A stretch of DNA of 64,000 bases from Callorhinchus milii (Eukaryota): NCBI RefSeq assembly GCF_018977255.1, contig NW_024704742.1, forward strand, positions 100,256,001 through 100,320,000, in the 5' to 3' direction. Both the position numbers and the translations under genes were made by a program. This document shows positions 51,101 to 63,131 of the stretch, piece by piece (position 1 is the stretch's first letter; each line of letters begins with the position of its first letter). A model generated the notes under the pieces. It made no database searches and was not told the origin of the DNA. It was given only the letters and a program-made list of their open reading frames with translations.

Positions 51101-54100
51101 ACATTCTATGATTCAATTTGTATATCAGTAATTGGATCTTGGATTTGTGTTTTATATTATGGAGATGAATTCTGGATGATTGCCCACTGGTACAGAATGT
51201 TCATTCATGCATGTGAAAAAACATTGGATCCGTTTTGACTTTCATGTTTGGAATATCAACAAATCTGTTTGAAATAATTACAAACAAATCTATTAGTTAA
51301 TGCAGTAATGTTGGAGTCTTGTAGCTTATTGGTCAGAGCACTAACAAATAGAGCACTTTCAAACTTGCAAGCAAGAGGATCTGGGTTCAATTCCTGGGCA
51401 GGACGAAACCTAAGGCAAATTTCCTTACTCCAAACATGTCTCTGTTTACTTAGCAGTAAGGAGGAAGCAAGTTGTTAGTCGATTAGCAGACTGATTTCCG
51501 GGTGTAATAATCCCTTCAAAAAACAATAATAATTTGTTCACTCAAACCACAACTATTTGTGGGACACTGCTGTGTACAGTTGGCTACCACATTTTGCCCA
51601 AACAATATACAGTCAATTCACTTCACAATATATTCTGTGAAGCGCTTTGAGATGTCTCAATGATGTGATAAGGCATTGTGTCAAATGCAGTATTATGATG
51701 TTTGAACCATCAGCACTAGCCTTGAAGGAATTAGTACAGTTTTACCTTTCTTGTTCTTTCAGTTAATTTCTAGTACAATTAAACTTCCAGAAGAGAGGCC
51801 TGAGTTTTTCTTCTACTACACATTGCTGGGAAATGATGTCACCAATGATCCTTTCACTGACTTGATCAACCCAAACTTTGCACCTGAACGTGCTTCTGTG
51901 AGGATTCGCAGCAGTTGGCAAATTCTCCAGCTATTCCTGGCTTCACAACCAAGCTTTCAGGTAAATATGATACTGTACTTTAGTACACAGGTAATCATTT
52001 GTGTGCAATTCTTACTTCCAAAGAAACAAAATCTGTTCACTTATTCAGCCAACCTTGTAAATGCTCATTACTTGCTTGAGTAAAATTCCACCAGCATCCA
52101 CTGTGAAGCATTAAGTAAATTACTTTGCATTTGACCTTGTTCTTATTGTGGTAAATTAGTTGAGTTTTGTTAAATTGAGTATGGCATGCTCTCCTTATTC
52201 CTTCACCAGGAGACAAAAAAGCTATCAAACCCCATTCTTTCTTGTAATCCTGTCTAGGGTATTTAAGGCATTAGATGCAAAGTATTATAAGTGGAGAATC
52301 AATTATTAATAAATTGGAGCATATTCAGTTTAATTGTTTAGGAAGATCTGCTGAAGTGTTCAAAATGTAATGGAGGGCTCCTTTTGATGGAGTCGCTGTA
52401 TTTGCCATTTAACTGGTCAACAGAATTTCAATGAAAACCTTTGTTGAATTTGAAGGCCATAACTGGTCAACCTCCGAAAGTTTTAATTGAGTACTGTTGA
52501 ACTTGCCTGAAAAAATATTGTGGCGATTTTAGATTGTAACTTTGAAAGTACTTTTGTTTTCCTTTAAGATTCATTTATGCTGCGGAGACCGGTCACTGGG
52601 CAGCACAGAGATTTCTTTTGCAGGATTATTTAAAGGAGGTCAAGGAATCGATCAGCGCCCAGCAGCAATTGAAGGAGCATTTACTTTGGTGCCAACCAAC
52701 AAAGTAAAACAAAAGCTGCCACCAGTGCTTCCAGTGCCGCTTGAATTGTCACCCACTGTGGGAGTATCTGTGACTTGTAGAAAAGAAGGAATGAATTCTC
52801 AGGTATTTGTTATCATGCGTTTTAATTTATTTTCTTCTGATGTTAAAATATTTTCTCCTTTGTCTACTTGCCAGGTCTTCTTTACTGCAAGTATGTGGTG
52901 ACTGCCGTGAGATCTGATTACATCATTAAAGTCTGGAAAAATATGGTTGTACTACCAACCATAAAATACTATATTAAATGACCTGAGGCTTTGTGCCAGT
53001 TAGCTTTCTGTTATGGTCTTCTGCGATCATGTGTTGCCTGATTTCTTAAATTAATAATGGCTTCAGAATGCACCGTGATGCTACTGAGATCATTGTGGAA
53101 GGGAGACCTGAGTTGTGAGATCTTGGGGTAGATATCTAATTATTATTGCCTCCAAAGCAAATAAGAAAAGTATTCCATTTTTACTGCTGGAAGTGAATTA
53201 AAATATGATCTTTTAAGCTTCCGAAATGAATTGTTGAGTAAAACATTATCGAGTAGATCAGTACAATACAATTTACATTTATATAGCGTCTTCATGTTAG
53301 AATAGCTCAAAGTGCTTAGCACTAGTGGCTGGGCACCTGAGCTGGCGGTGGAAGCCGAAGGGGATAGGGAATAAAAAGAAAACCCAAAACGAGGTAAAAA
53401 TATGTCTTGAGACTGACTCAATTGTCAAGTTTCTCTTCAGTTAGTCTCCCCTTTTGTATTGTTTGATTCAGGAAGGGAAGATTTACATTGATAAGTTAGT
53501 GGATGGGAATGAGGATATTGATCCAATTCTGTTACTGTTTAGATTTTTTAAAAAAAACTGTTTTTGGGCTTCTGAATATCAATGAAAAGTATAAACCAGA
53601 GGGACAATGGAATGAACGTGAATGTCATATGACATGTTGATTAAAAGTAGTCCAGGATGTAACTTATGAGATACAAGTAGGAATAATTTAAACAGAAAAG
53701 CTGTTGCATTGCTTGTAAGTATGTTGAGAGTTTATAAAATTAACCACAATTTAAAGCTTCTCAGCGAAACTATGAATGTGGAGAGGGCATCAAACAGCTT
53801 CAGTCACCTAATTAGGAAAGTTTAAATGTAGATGGATGAGTTAGTTCGGTGAGTTTTTCAGGCTTTTAATTTTTAAAAAGTTATTGCATGTCATAGTTTT
53901 ATTGAAGTATGTCATTGCTGTTTGAAATTGCTTTTCCTAGCCCTGACAAGACCTTTTTCTCTTCTCCAATTTTGCAGCTGGCTAGTCCAGTTAAACCTCA
54001 ACCAGAGCAAAAGTCTCCAGTGAAGCAGAGAATTGTTTCTCCTCAAACTGGTAAGCCCTCGCTTCCTGAACAAAGGCCCAGGAGTGCAACTTCTCAACGT

Positions 54101-57100
54101 AGTGATTCTCCTCCCAGTAAAGATCAGGGAACCGAAAATGAAGCAGATAGTTTGCAAGATGACGTGGACAAAAATGGGGCAAAGATTGGTAAGTGGCATG
54201 TAGTTTAAAAATGCACATTATTGTAGACAACCATTTTCAGCAGCTTGTCAAATGGGCGAGCTGATCGTAAGGCAGTATGTTTGCTTTCAGCTATGATGGC
54301 AGGTTCTGGCGACAATGTTTACAAGCGACTGCTTGAAAACCAAGCTAGATCAAAGTCTCAAACCAAAACACATGTTAAACCACCCCAAGGTAAGGTCCAA
54401 TTCTATCTATTTGGTCTTTTTAGGATGGCTTGAAAGAACTTGTTAATAAAATGCTGTGATGTATTAAACCCTTTCAAGGTCTAAAATATCATTTGCATAA
54501 CATTTTTTCAGGCTGGTTCCTCATTATGCACAATTTTGCTTTAGATTATTGATAAACTTGTATTTAATGTTGAATATTCTGTATGCAAATGTAATTTCAG
54601 TCTGCGCCAGCAATATCTCCCAAACAACAATGAGGTGATGCTTTGAATGTAAAAATGCTCAAATTAAAAAAAGTGATTTTTAAGTGCCTTTTGTTTAACA
54701 TTCAGTGATATTGTTTGTGGAACAGTATCAATTGGCAATTGGCTGTTGTGAAGCTCTTTGAATGACATAAGGCGCTATATCAAATGCAATGATTGTTGTT
54801 ATTATTACCAGCTACTGCAACAACATCACAGTTAGCCTCTGATTCTTCTTCCGCACCAAAGATCTCCATTCCAGCTTCTGCCCACCATTACTGTTTTGCC
54901 CTTGATCTGAGGAGCATTGGACAGCTGGATGTAGGTTTTCCTGTCAACTGTATAGTAAGGTTAGTCTTTTGTTATTCTTTGGGTTTCACATTCTGCATTT
55001 TTTTATTAGCCATAAGAAAATAATTACATCTTAAATGTTCTCCTTAATACTACTCGAACCACAGAAATGTACAGCCACAGAAGAATGCCCACCGAGTCTG
55101 TGCCGGTCGGTGAAAGCAATCCTTTTAGTCCCATTAACCTGCCCTTTCTCTATACCCACCCACATGCACACTGGGCATGCTTCTCTGGGTGTCTTGCATT
55201 AATACCCATGTAACTCACTGGCATTAATATCCATGTTACATGCCCTCATCCATGTGGTATGTACCTTCTTCCATATCGTTCTAATTTGCATTCACTGATT
55301 CTATTCAATTTAACTGATGAATAGACCCTCCACAAGGCCCTCCACGGCCTTGCCCCTTCCAACATCTGTGGCCGTCTGACCCCGTATCAACCTGTTCACG
55401 CCCTCCGCTTAGCAGGCTCAGGCCTGTTCCATGAACCCCGCCCGGCTCGCCCCACCATCGGAGGTCAGGCCTTCAGCGTTTCTGCCCCACCCTTTGGAAC
55501 TCCATCCCACATTCCCATTGCCTCGCTCCCTCCCTTGCTTCCTTCAAGGCCCGTCTGAAGAATCTCCTCTTCGACCATGCCTTCAGCCACCCTCCTATCC
55601 TCCCTGCCCTCCAGCCAACCTGATCTCAACCCCAGCTCGGGTCCAAATCTCTGACTGTCCAGTGCTTTGGGACGTCCTCCTGACATGAAAGCGCTATAAA
55701 AATGTCATTTTGTATTGTATTGATTAATGATATTTTTTAAAAATTGATGAGCCTGTTCACCCCCGATAACTGACTTAGACCAAAACGTTCCAATTTGGGA
55801 TCTTGTCCCCACTGATAATCCCCAATCCCCCCCCAAACTTGTCTTGGCCCCAAACTATCAAAAGATTTTTTGAATTCAAAATATATTTTTGTTCATATAT
55901 ACGTTTGTCTCACAGTAAAAAAAATAGTTCAGAAAAGAAGACACAACGTTATCACCAGTCCACACTCTGATAAGGCGCGCTTGACGCTTTTGGATGGCGT
56001 CCCAATGTGCTCACAATTACTCGCCCGGAAACCACACAAACCCATACACAAACATTATATACCTCGCCAGTCCCACCCAAATCACAGCGGCATCCCTGCT
56101 GGGGTTCTGTTCCCTCTTTCTACAGGGAGCAGTTACATGGGTGGGTTGATCCCGGCTCTGTCGTCAATTTACCCAAATTGTCAAAGGATTTTTTTAAAAT
56201 ATATAATATTTGGTACAACAGAGATCCAAAAAACAACGTACAACATCCTCCGTTACATTTTTTTTCTTTCTCCCGATACAAAAACATTCCGTTCTTTAGC
56301 TTACATTCCTTCACCACGCACAGATTGTGCACATTTTTTGGGGACATTCCCTTTAAAATAGTTGGGAGTCGCCTCTGTGTGCACCACATCCATATGTCCG
56401 GCCGCAATACACCCTGATAAGGCGCACTTGCTGCTTCCAGAAGGCGCCCCGATGTGCACCATACGCCCATATGTTTACAGTACATACATTTTCGGGATGC
56501 TCTTTATTTACATCTCGAGCGCCTTCTGTACATTTATATGGTTACCCTCACGTTTATTTTAATCATAGTTTTGGGTGCATAATGTTTGTGTATAGGTTTG
56601 TGTTTGCGTGGTTTCAGGGTGTGCCGTCCGAAAGCGTCAAGTGTGCCTTATCAGGGTGTGCAATGGCGATGACTTTGTGTCTTCTTTTCTGTAGCTGGTT
56701 TGATACTGTCCGAGACAAACGCAAAGCCACTTGCATCTGTATCCATGTAATATGTACTTCCTCACATCACTATCTATGCACAATACAGCATACGTATATT
56801 CATATTACAAGATTCATGCATTGGGACTCTCCTTTTAAACAAAATAACATTCACACGCACACACCGTTATTTATTTAAATTTCACCTGTTCCTGTTTCTA
56901 CTTGTGTAACGTGCGCTTGCTTGTGTCCCCAGCTGTGTAACGTGCACTCACTCAGGTCGCCGGCTCAATTCCTCATTACAAATCTGCCTACCTTAATACT
57001 ACCCTCCTGACATGAAACGTATAAATGTAAATTGTATTTACACCATCACTTTGTTTGGTCAGATACAGTGAATGTTGCATTCTCAGTTACGTCACTAGCT

Positions 57101-60100
57101 GTGTAACACATTCTTGCTCATGAGGAATTGTGTCCAAACAAATCTAAAATATTATTTAATAACACTTTTGTATTCAAAATATATTTAGATTCTAATGTAC
57201 TTTATATTTTTCATCAGGTATTCCTATCCATTCTTTGGTACTGCAGCACCAATAATGACGAATCCTCCAATGGAAGTGAGAAAAAACATGGAAGTTGTCT
57301 TTCCCCAATCGTATTGTGCATTTGATTTTGCAACTTTACCTCATCAATTACAGGATACTTTTTTAAGGTACCATTGTTCACTGTTTACTGCATAGTATAT
57401 TTGTTGATGCTTTATTTGAAAACTTGGAGGATGAATGGGCAAAAAAAAACTTTGGAAGACCGTAGATGGCACGCTGTTGGAATGTGATTTGGGTTGAAAG
57501 TTTCTTCTCAAAATGTCACTCTTCACAGTGAAGACCTAGGTATGATTGGCCTCTCCTGCCATTAGCCTACCCTGCCATTAATATTTACAATGATTTTTTT
57601 TTGGTTATACCTGAAGAAGAAAAATCGTCCTTCTAATGCAGTGTATTTGTATATTTGAAGAAACAATTATAGGTATCAGTTTGCTTCAGTTTCTTTTACT
57701 TTCACTACTGAATCAAAAATTTGTAAGTTTGAACCCCACAATAAGATTCTACCTCATAATTTCTGTCATCACCCATATTGGTGTCCCAGTGTTTGGAAAA
57801 GATATTAAAACCAAGACCCACTTTAGCCTGTACTTTAGAAGATCCAATTACAGCATTTCAAACAGCAAAATATGCCAAATAACACATCCAGATTAATTAA
57901 TGTTATTGCCTAAAAACAATAAATACTTTGAAATAACTCCCTGTGTGAAGAGTTTAGAGATATGTTGATGTTAAGGTATCAAGAGAAACTTCACTTTAAA
58001 TGAGAAAAAAAAACAATGCAATTGGGCATTATTCCAATGATTTATTATTTTTCTTCTCTAGGTTACCTTTGTTGGTTGAGGTGTGGCACAAAGACAAAAT
58101 GACAAAAGATATGCTGTTAGGAGTGGCAAGGTTGCAGCTGTCAAATGTTCTGACCTCCGATAAATCTCGGTTTTTGGGCTCTTCAGATGAACAGTGTTGG
58201 CGGCAAACCTTTAGTGACAGGATTCCAGTTGTAGGAGCTCAAGGGTAAGTATGAAGAGCAGCACTACTACATTCTTAAATGTAACTCTTTGTTTATTTTC
58301 TGCAACAGCAGCTAAGTTGTGCTAGCGCAATGTTCTACAAAAAGCAATGAGATGAGTTGTGAATTAATCTGAATTTTTGTGTTGAATTTGGTTATTTGAT
58401 TGAGGGAGAATATAAGCCCAAGTTAATTAGAAGAATCACTCTTCTTTTGGGGTTCCTTAATGTCTACCTGAATCAAAAGGTATGAGACCCAAATTAATGA
58501 ATCAAGTTGAGAAAAATAAATAAATTGCACCTATATTTAAAAAGTTAGTGTGGTGAATATTATGTAGATAAACACAGTAGCCAATCTGTGCTCCAGCAAC
58601 TTCTCATAACTACAAATACATTTCCCTCTAATCTGGACATCTGTTGTCAGAATGAAGCAATATTCATAGAACCAAAGAGGTTTAATGATAATAGTTAAGA
58701 ACAGAAGTCCCTGGGAACATGCAGCAGGTCAGGCAGCATCTATGGAGAAAGGAAAGTGAGTCAATGTTTGGGGTCCACGACCCTTCGTCAGAACTGGGGC
58801 ATGTTGGGAGGGAGAGGCTTTTAAATGAGTTAACATTTCAGATCGATGACCTTTTGAAATGTTAACTCATTTTCCTCTCTCCATAGATGCTACTTGGCTG
58901 CTGCTACTCTTGCAACCAAGGGATCCAATATGGAATGTAGATTGACGCACAGACATACATTGTTCATCTTTATCTATACCCATCTGGGAGGACTCTTGTG
59001 GGAGGATTCCTTTTAGGAGCACTTAGTGCGGGGACTCGGCACTTTAAAAATATAATTTTGTTGTTGTTGCCGTGGCTTAGCTTCGTCTGTGTTCTTTATT
59101 TTGGTGGAGTGTGCACCACCCATGGTTGCACACTCCACCTTACTAAGCCAGTCCGGAACCTTGTCATCTTGTTTGACCCTCAACTATCCTTTCTACCCCA
59201 CATCCATGCCATGACCCACTCTGCCTTTCCCCCACCTCCGCAACATCGCCCGGCTCCACCACTGTCTTACACCACAGGACGCTGAGACTCTCATACACGC
59301 TTTCATTACATCAAGGCTCGACTACGCAAACTCCCTGCTTGTCGACCTCCCCAACTCGACCCTCCGTAGTTCAATTTCCTGGTCCTCACCTTCAAAGCCC
59401 TCCATGGCCTTGCTCTTCCCTACCAACCTGCCTGCTCCCTCCGCTCAGCGAGCTCCACCCTACTTGTAATAATATAATAGAAGATTTCCAGCATCTGCAG
59501 TATTTTGCGTTTGATGATAATAGTTATATTTCTAGCAGTAGAGCAACTAAATCTAATATTAAGTGTGGAATGTATTTATTTAACATGTTGACCAGTCCCA
59601 GGTGGAACTACTTGATTTGGTCAAAGCTGTACATTCAGCCACATTATTGTCTAATGTTAAGAGCTGGTTCAATTGCTGGCGCTGTTAACTCTGAGTCAGA
59701 TGGTTATGAGTTTGAGTCCCCCGTCACAACATGAGCTCACAGTCTAGGTTGATACTGCAGTGTAGTGCTGGGGGAATGCAGCCTTATTAAAGGCATTGTC
59801 CTTTGGATGAATCGTTAAACCAAGGTCACATCTGTGTAACTTTTTAACTGGTTGCACACCAAGCAATCGTATTTTTGTTTACTTTTGTCTGTTTGCTTTT
59901 TGCATACTATCCCGTTTCACTGTAATGTCTGATTTAATTTAAAATCCTTACACTAAAGTTGCATTGTACTGAAATTAAAGCTATAAAGAGGGATTGCTCA
60001 ATACTTCAGTATCACATTTAATATAATGTTGTATTCAATAGAATTACACTAGAGGGCAGTAGTTGCACAGCTTTCCACAGAAGTACAGATATTCTGTTTG

Positions 60101-63100
60101 TGAATCTACAGTGAACAGGTGATTATCAGCACCGATACCTAGCTACCCCGTGTCTAACTACAAAGGAGGTCTCAGCGATTAAATTGACATTCAATTGATT
60201 AGCGTGTAGATAAACAACGGCCTTATCCCTCTGCAACGTCCCTAAGCATTCCAAGACACTGCCCGTTTGAAGGGCGCTCTATAAATGCAAGTTGTTGCTG
60301 GTGTCCTACTGTAGATATAGCTACTGCTTTATTAACTGGAGGATTAAACCTGCTTAAAAGCATATGATAATATACAATATTTAGGATTTTTTTTAGTGGG
60401 AAAGTATTTAAGCAGGTTAGCTTGTAGCTATGAGGGTGCTGCTGTTGGGTCATGACCCAACTGTGCAGCGCCTTGGGACGTCCTCCTGACGTGAAAGGCG
60501 CTTTATAAATGGAATCTTGTTGTTGTTGGCCTTAGTACCTCCAGACAAGAGAAACAAGATCCACACTCCTGGAGGCGATAATTGGTTAAATAGCTGGCCC
60601 ATGGTCACTCTCCAAATATATACATGTATGAAGAATGAAACAAAGGTTAATGAACCAGAGAGCTCTGCCATTCGGGGAACCTAACCCACCCTGTCTGCAC
60701 CACAGAAGAGATTTTGGGTAGGAAGTTATGGGGGAAACCAGAGAAGCTCACATTTTCTTTTAAACAAAAAAGTTGTTTGCAAACATATTGTTATTTTTCA
60801 GCAAAAGCATCTGGTACATTGACTTTTTGAAAGAAATTGTGCTAAACGTACAAATAAATATGCATACTTATATAAATAAGTGTGGAATTATATAACTTCT
60901 AGTGCCTTGGGATGTCCTCCCGACGTGAAAGGCGCTGTACAAATAAAATTTTTGTTCATTTGTTTTAAGATTTTGGTACCTTGAAATGGCCAACTTGTTC
61001 AGGTAGTCTTTCCTAAGTTAACAAAGCTCTTGTTCAGAACCACACATGTTATTTTTCCTGATTGGATCCGGAGCAATTATTACTGTTTGTGAAATTATCT
61101 CTAATAATTGATTTCTAAAATAAATTATGCTTCAATAGGTCGAATAATAAAATTGCTGAACTCTATTACTTGATGACCTTGGAAGATTATGGCCTTGTGA
61201 AAACTCAACAGGTCATTGTGTCTGACTCTTCTCAGGTAGGCACTTATGTTATTACAAAACTCCTGGTGTATGTTTTGATGTTGGTAGGAAATGATTGGCA
61301 CATTGTAGTTCTGATCTGCTTCAATACTGGAGTTCAATGCAACTACAGGTATCAACAGCCTGAATCTGTTCAAGTTAAGCTAACTTTGTATGATATACTT
61401 TACATGAAGTGGAATTTAAATCTGGGCAGATCAGTTGGTTGTGCAAGTACATTCCCATCTGCACCAAACCTTGGGGGTAAACTTCAAATTGATGCAGTAC
61501 AATATCATTTATATTTGTGTAGTGCTTTCTGTCAGCAGGGATATCTCAAAGCACTTCACAATTCTGGATGGGCACCTGAGCTGGGGGTGAGAGCCAAGGG
61601 GGATTAGGGAGAGGAAAGATAACCGAAAGCATGGTCAAAGAGATGTTTTGAGACACGCCTAATCTGAGCATACAAAACTGCTTTGCCAAGCCTTTACCAA
61701 TAAATGGGTTAAAAATCTCTAAACATACAATATATTTCATTGAAGAAAAAAATGTAAAATATTATAAAATGGTGATTAGTGCTTAAACTTGCCTTGTCTC
61801 TCACCAGGCTTGTCTCCTTGGTTAGTGGTCTTAAAATACTTTAGTCATGAGCCTTGAACAAAATTCCACAAAAGGCAAATTCAGAAGGGATGGCTGAAAT
61901 ATATGCAAGGAATGGAGAGGAATAAAGAATAAAGGCATATTGCATTTTCTCTAAAAATGGAAAATAAAAAGTTTCTCTCTTAAAAAGAAGCCAAATGCAA
62001 AATAAAAACGCCCCAGCTGAATAAACATTCAGCTGATGAAACATACCTACAAATTTAGGTCCCTCTAAGGAATAATTAGGTGACTAAGAATTCAGTGATT
62101 AGGGCAAAAAACAATTCACACTTAACCAGTGACTGGACTCCTGTGTGGGGTGTTGATATAAAATGTGTTTCTATCTTCAGAGCTAAGTAAGAAAGATTAC
62201 GGCAAAAAAGCCTTTCCTATAACAGATTGCCCACCACTGTCATTGCCACTTGTCATGACTCCATCATAGAGTTTTTCCACAAGTTCAAGTAGGGTTCAGG
62301 AAGAGGTTCCAATGATTTAAGAAGCTGACACAATCCAGAGAGGCTGAGGGAATTTCCAGCAGGACTCGATAGTGCTGTGGGTCAGAACTCTTTCCTTTTA
62401 CCTGTGGGACCAGGGTTTGAATCGACTCCAGACAGATATGATGGATTGAAATGAAAAATTATATTGTATAGGACCTTAAGTGAAATAATTAGATGTGTTA
62501 ATCTTCTATGTTGGAAGAACATAAAACTGCTCGTCATTGAGAATTAATTGACTAGAATTATTTATTGAGTATGACTGTCGGGCATGCAAAGAGAAGTTTT
62601 CTAATTGATATTATACTGCACATGCTTTTCTGAACCTTTGAAGTTTTAGGAAAGTACAGTAAACTTTTCTCTAGATCTAACTTAACCCATCCTGTTCTCA
62701 TACTTGATACCAACTGTGTGCAAAAGAAAGCAAATTAAATTACTAATTTTCAAAATTAATTCTACAGAAATTATTGCTTTTTTTTACCCTTCCCAACAGC
62801 GATTTTGTTAATAAAGAATTGTTTTTAAACTCACAACATTCTAGCAGTTTCGGTAAGTATGCTTGATTGCTTGAGAAATGTGTAGAAGCTTAATGTGAGT
62901 ATTGCTTGGAGCAGATGTGTTACCAATGTAGTTAGTTTGTGAACACTGAATGCCAATATTTACTTTTAGAGTTTAGATGTGGGACACCAACAGCAGCCGA
63001 ATTTGTCAAACAAATGTGCTCGGTCTTCAGAACCAGCTCCTGTGACCACACCACGTGAAACAATAGAATATAAAGCTGCACTAGAGCTGGAAAAGTGGAA

Positions 63101-63131
63101 GGAATTACAAGAGGATTTGTTTGAGAACCAG
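36083..63131 (+). CDS. CEP120: Centrosomal protein of 120 kDa, coding exons 1-13 (three C2 domains and start of the coiled coil); 3' part lies beyond the window
   Basis: 13 GT-AG exons join in frame without stops. The translation follows vertebrate CEP120 from the N-terminus to [25 protein letters not shown]. Confidence 0.97.
36155..38272 (+). repeat. G-rich minisatellite, unit GTCAGGCCTAGTGTTTAC-(AGTGTGA or GGGGT)-G(n), ~30 bp
   Basis: Roughly 65-70 units with a nearly invariant 18-bp core, starting about 25 bp into CEP120 intron 1. Confidence 0.96.
38425..40135 (+). mobile_element. tRNA-headed SINE (long subfamily) split by an L2 insertion
   Basis: Head and CORE-like part at 38425-38592; 3' half resumes at about 39920-40135. 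Confidence 0.8.
38593..39919 (+). mobile_element. L2-family LINE, RT region to 3' end, degenerate
   Basis: [67 protein letters not shown]2 tail. Confidence 0.93.
42355..42665 (-). mobile_element. tRNA-headed SINE, short subfamily
   Basis: Reverse complement of 16389-16715. Confidence 0.9.
43663..43819 (+). CDS. CEP120: CEP120 exon 2
   Basis: (G)[51 protein letters not shown](R); 157 nt. Confidence 0.97.
44171..44445 (+). mobile_element. tRNA-headed SINE, short subfamily
   Basis: Starts GGAGTCCTGTAGCTCAGTGGTTAGAG; matches 16389-16715 with an internal deletion. Confidence 0.88.
45008..45122 (+). CDS. CEP120: CEP120 exon 3
   Basis: [38 protein letters not shown]; 115 nt. Confidence 0.97.
45760..45901 (+). 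CDS. CEP120: CEP120 exon 4
   Basis: [47 protein letters not shown]; 142 nt; absent from the ORF track. Confidence 0.96.
46427..46705 (+). mobile_element. tRNA-headed SINE, long subfamily, 3'-truncated
   Basis: Same head, plus extra segment CTGTTTACCTAGCAGTAAATAGGAACCCAGTTGTTAG. Confidence 0.85.
49895..50043 (+). CDS. CEP120: CEP120 exon 5
   Basis: (K)[49 protein letters not shown]; 149 nt. Confidence 0.96.
51313..51698 (+). mobile_element. tRNA-headed SINE, long subfamily
   Basis: Head, CORE-like segment and L2-like tail as in the 46427 and 38425 copies. Confidence 0.85.
51763..51960 (+). CDS. CEP120: CEP120 exon 6
   Basis: [66 protein letters not shown]; 198 nt. Confidence 0.97.
52569..52802 (+). 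CDS. CEP120: CEP120 exon 7
   Basis: [56 protein letters not shown]; 234 nt. Confidence 0.97.
53978..54188 (+). CDS. CEP120: CEP120 exon 8 (linker)
   Basis: [35 protein letters not shown] versus human SPPTKDDATESEVESLQ; 211 nt; phases 0/1 fit. Confidence 0.9.
54812..54959 (+). CDS. CEP120: CEP120 exon 9
   Basis: (A)[48 protein letters not shown](R); 148 nt; acceptor inferred from phase. Confidence 0.9.
55330..55715 (+). mobile_element. L2 3'-end fragment
   Basis: KALHGLAP remnant to tail GGGACGTCCTCCTGACATGAAAGCGCTATAAAAATG. Confidence 0.88.
55902..56721. mobile_element. Unclassified ~820-bp element with long imperfect inverted arms
   Basis: 55902-56063 aligns to the reverse complement of 56573-56721; internal direct copy at 56409-56468. 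Confidence 0.7.
57218..57367 (+). CDS. CEP120: CEP120 exon 10
   Basis: [49 protein letters not shown](R); 150 nt. Confidence 0.97.
58062..58244 (+). CDS. CEP120: CEP120 exon 11
   Basis: [60 protein letters not shown](G); 183 nt. Confidence 0.97.
58698..58905. repeat. Palindromic interspersed repeat (chondrichthyan type, possibly Penelope-derived)
   Basis: CAGCAGGTCAGGCAGCATCTATGGAGA..TCTCCATAGATGCTACTTGGCTGCTG inverted arms; likely displaced end TTCCAGCATCTGCAGTATTTTGC near 59486-59510. Confidence 0.65.
59118..59460 (+). mobile_element. L2 fragment with internal deletions
   Basis: [47 protein letters not shown]. Confidence 0.85.
61139..61235 (+). CDS. CEP120: CEP120 exon 12
   Basis: [32 protein letters not shown]; 97 nt. 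Confidence 0.96.
62970..63131 (+). CDS. CEP120: CEP120 exon 13
   Basis: [54 protein letters not shown]; 162 nt. Confidence 0.95.

Noticed and set aside
54601..54634. Extra CEP120 micro-exon (AG|..|GT)
   Set aside because: 34 nt would break the frame between exons 8 and 9, and the sequence resembles a SINE internal segment.
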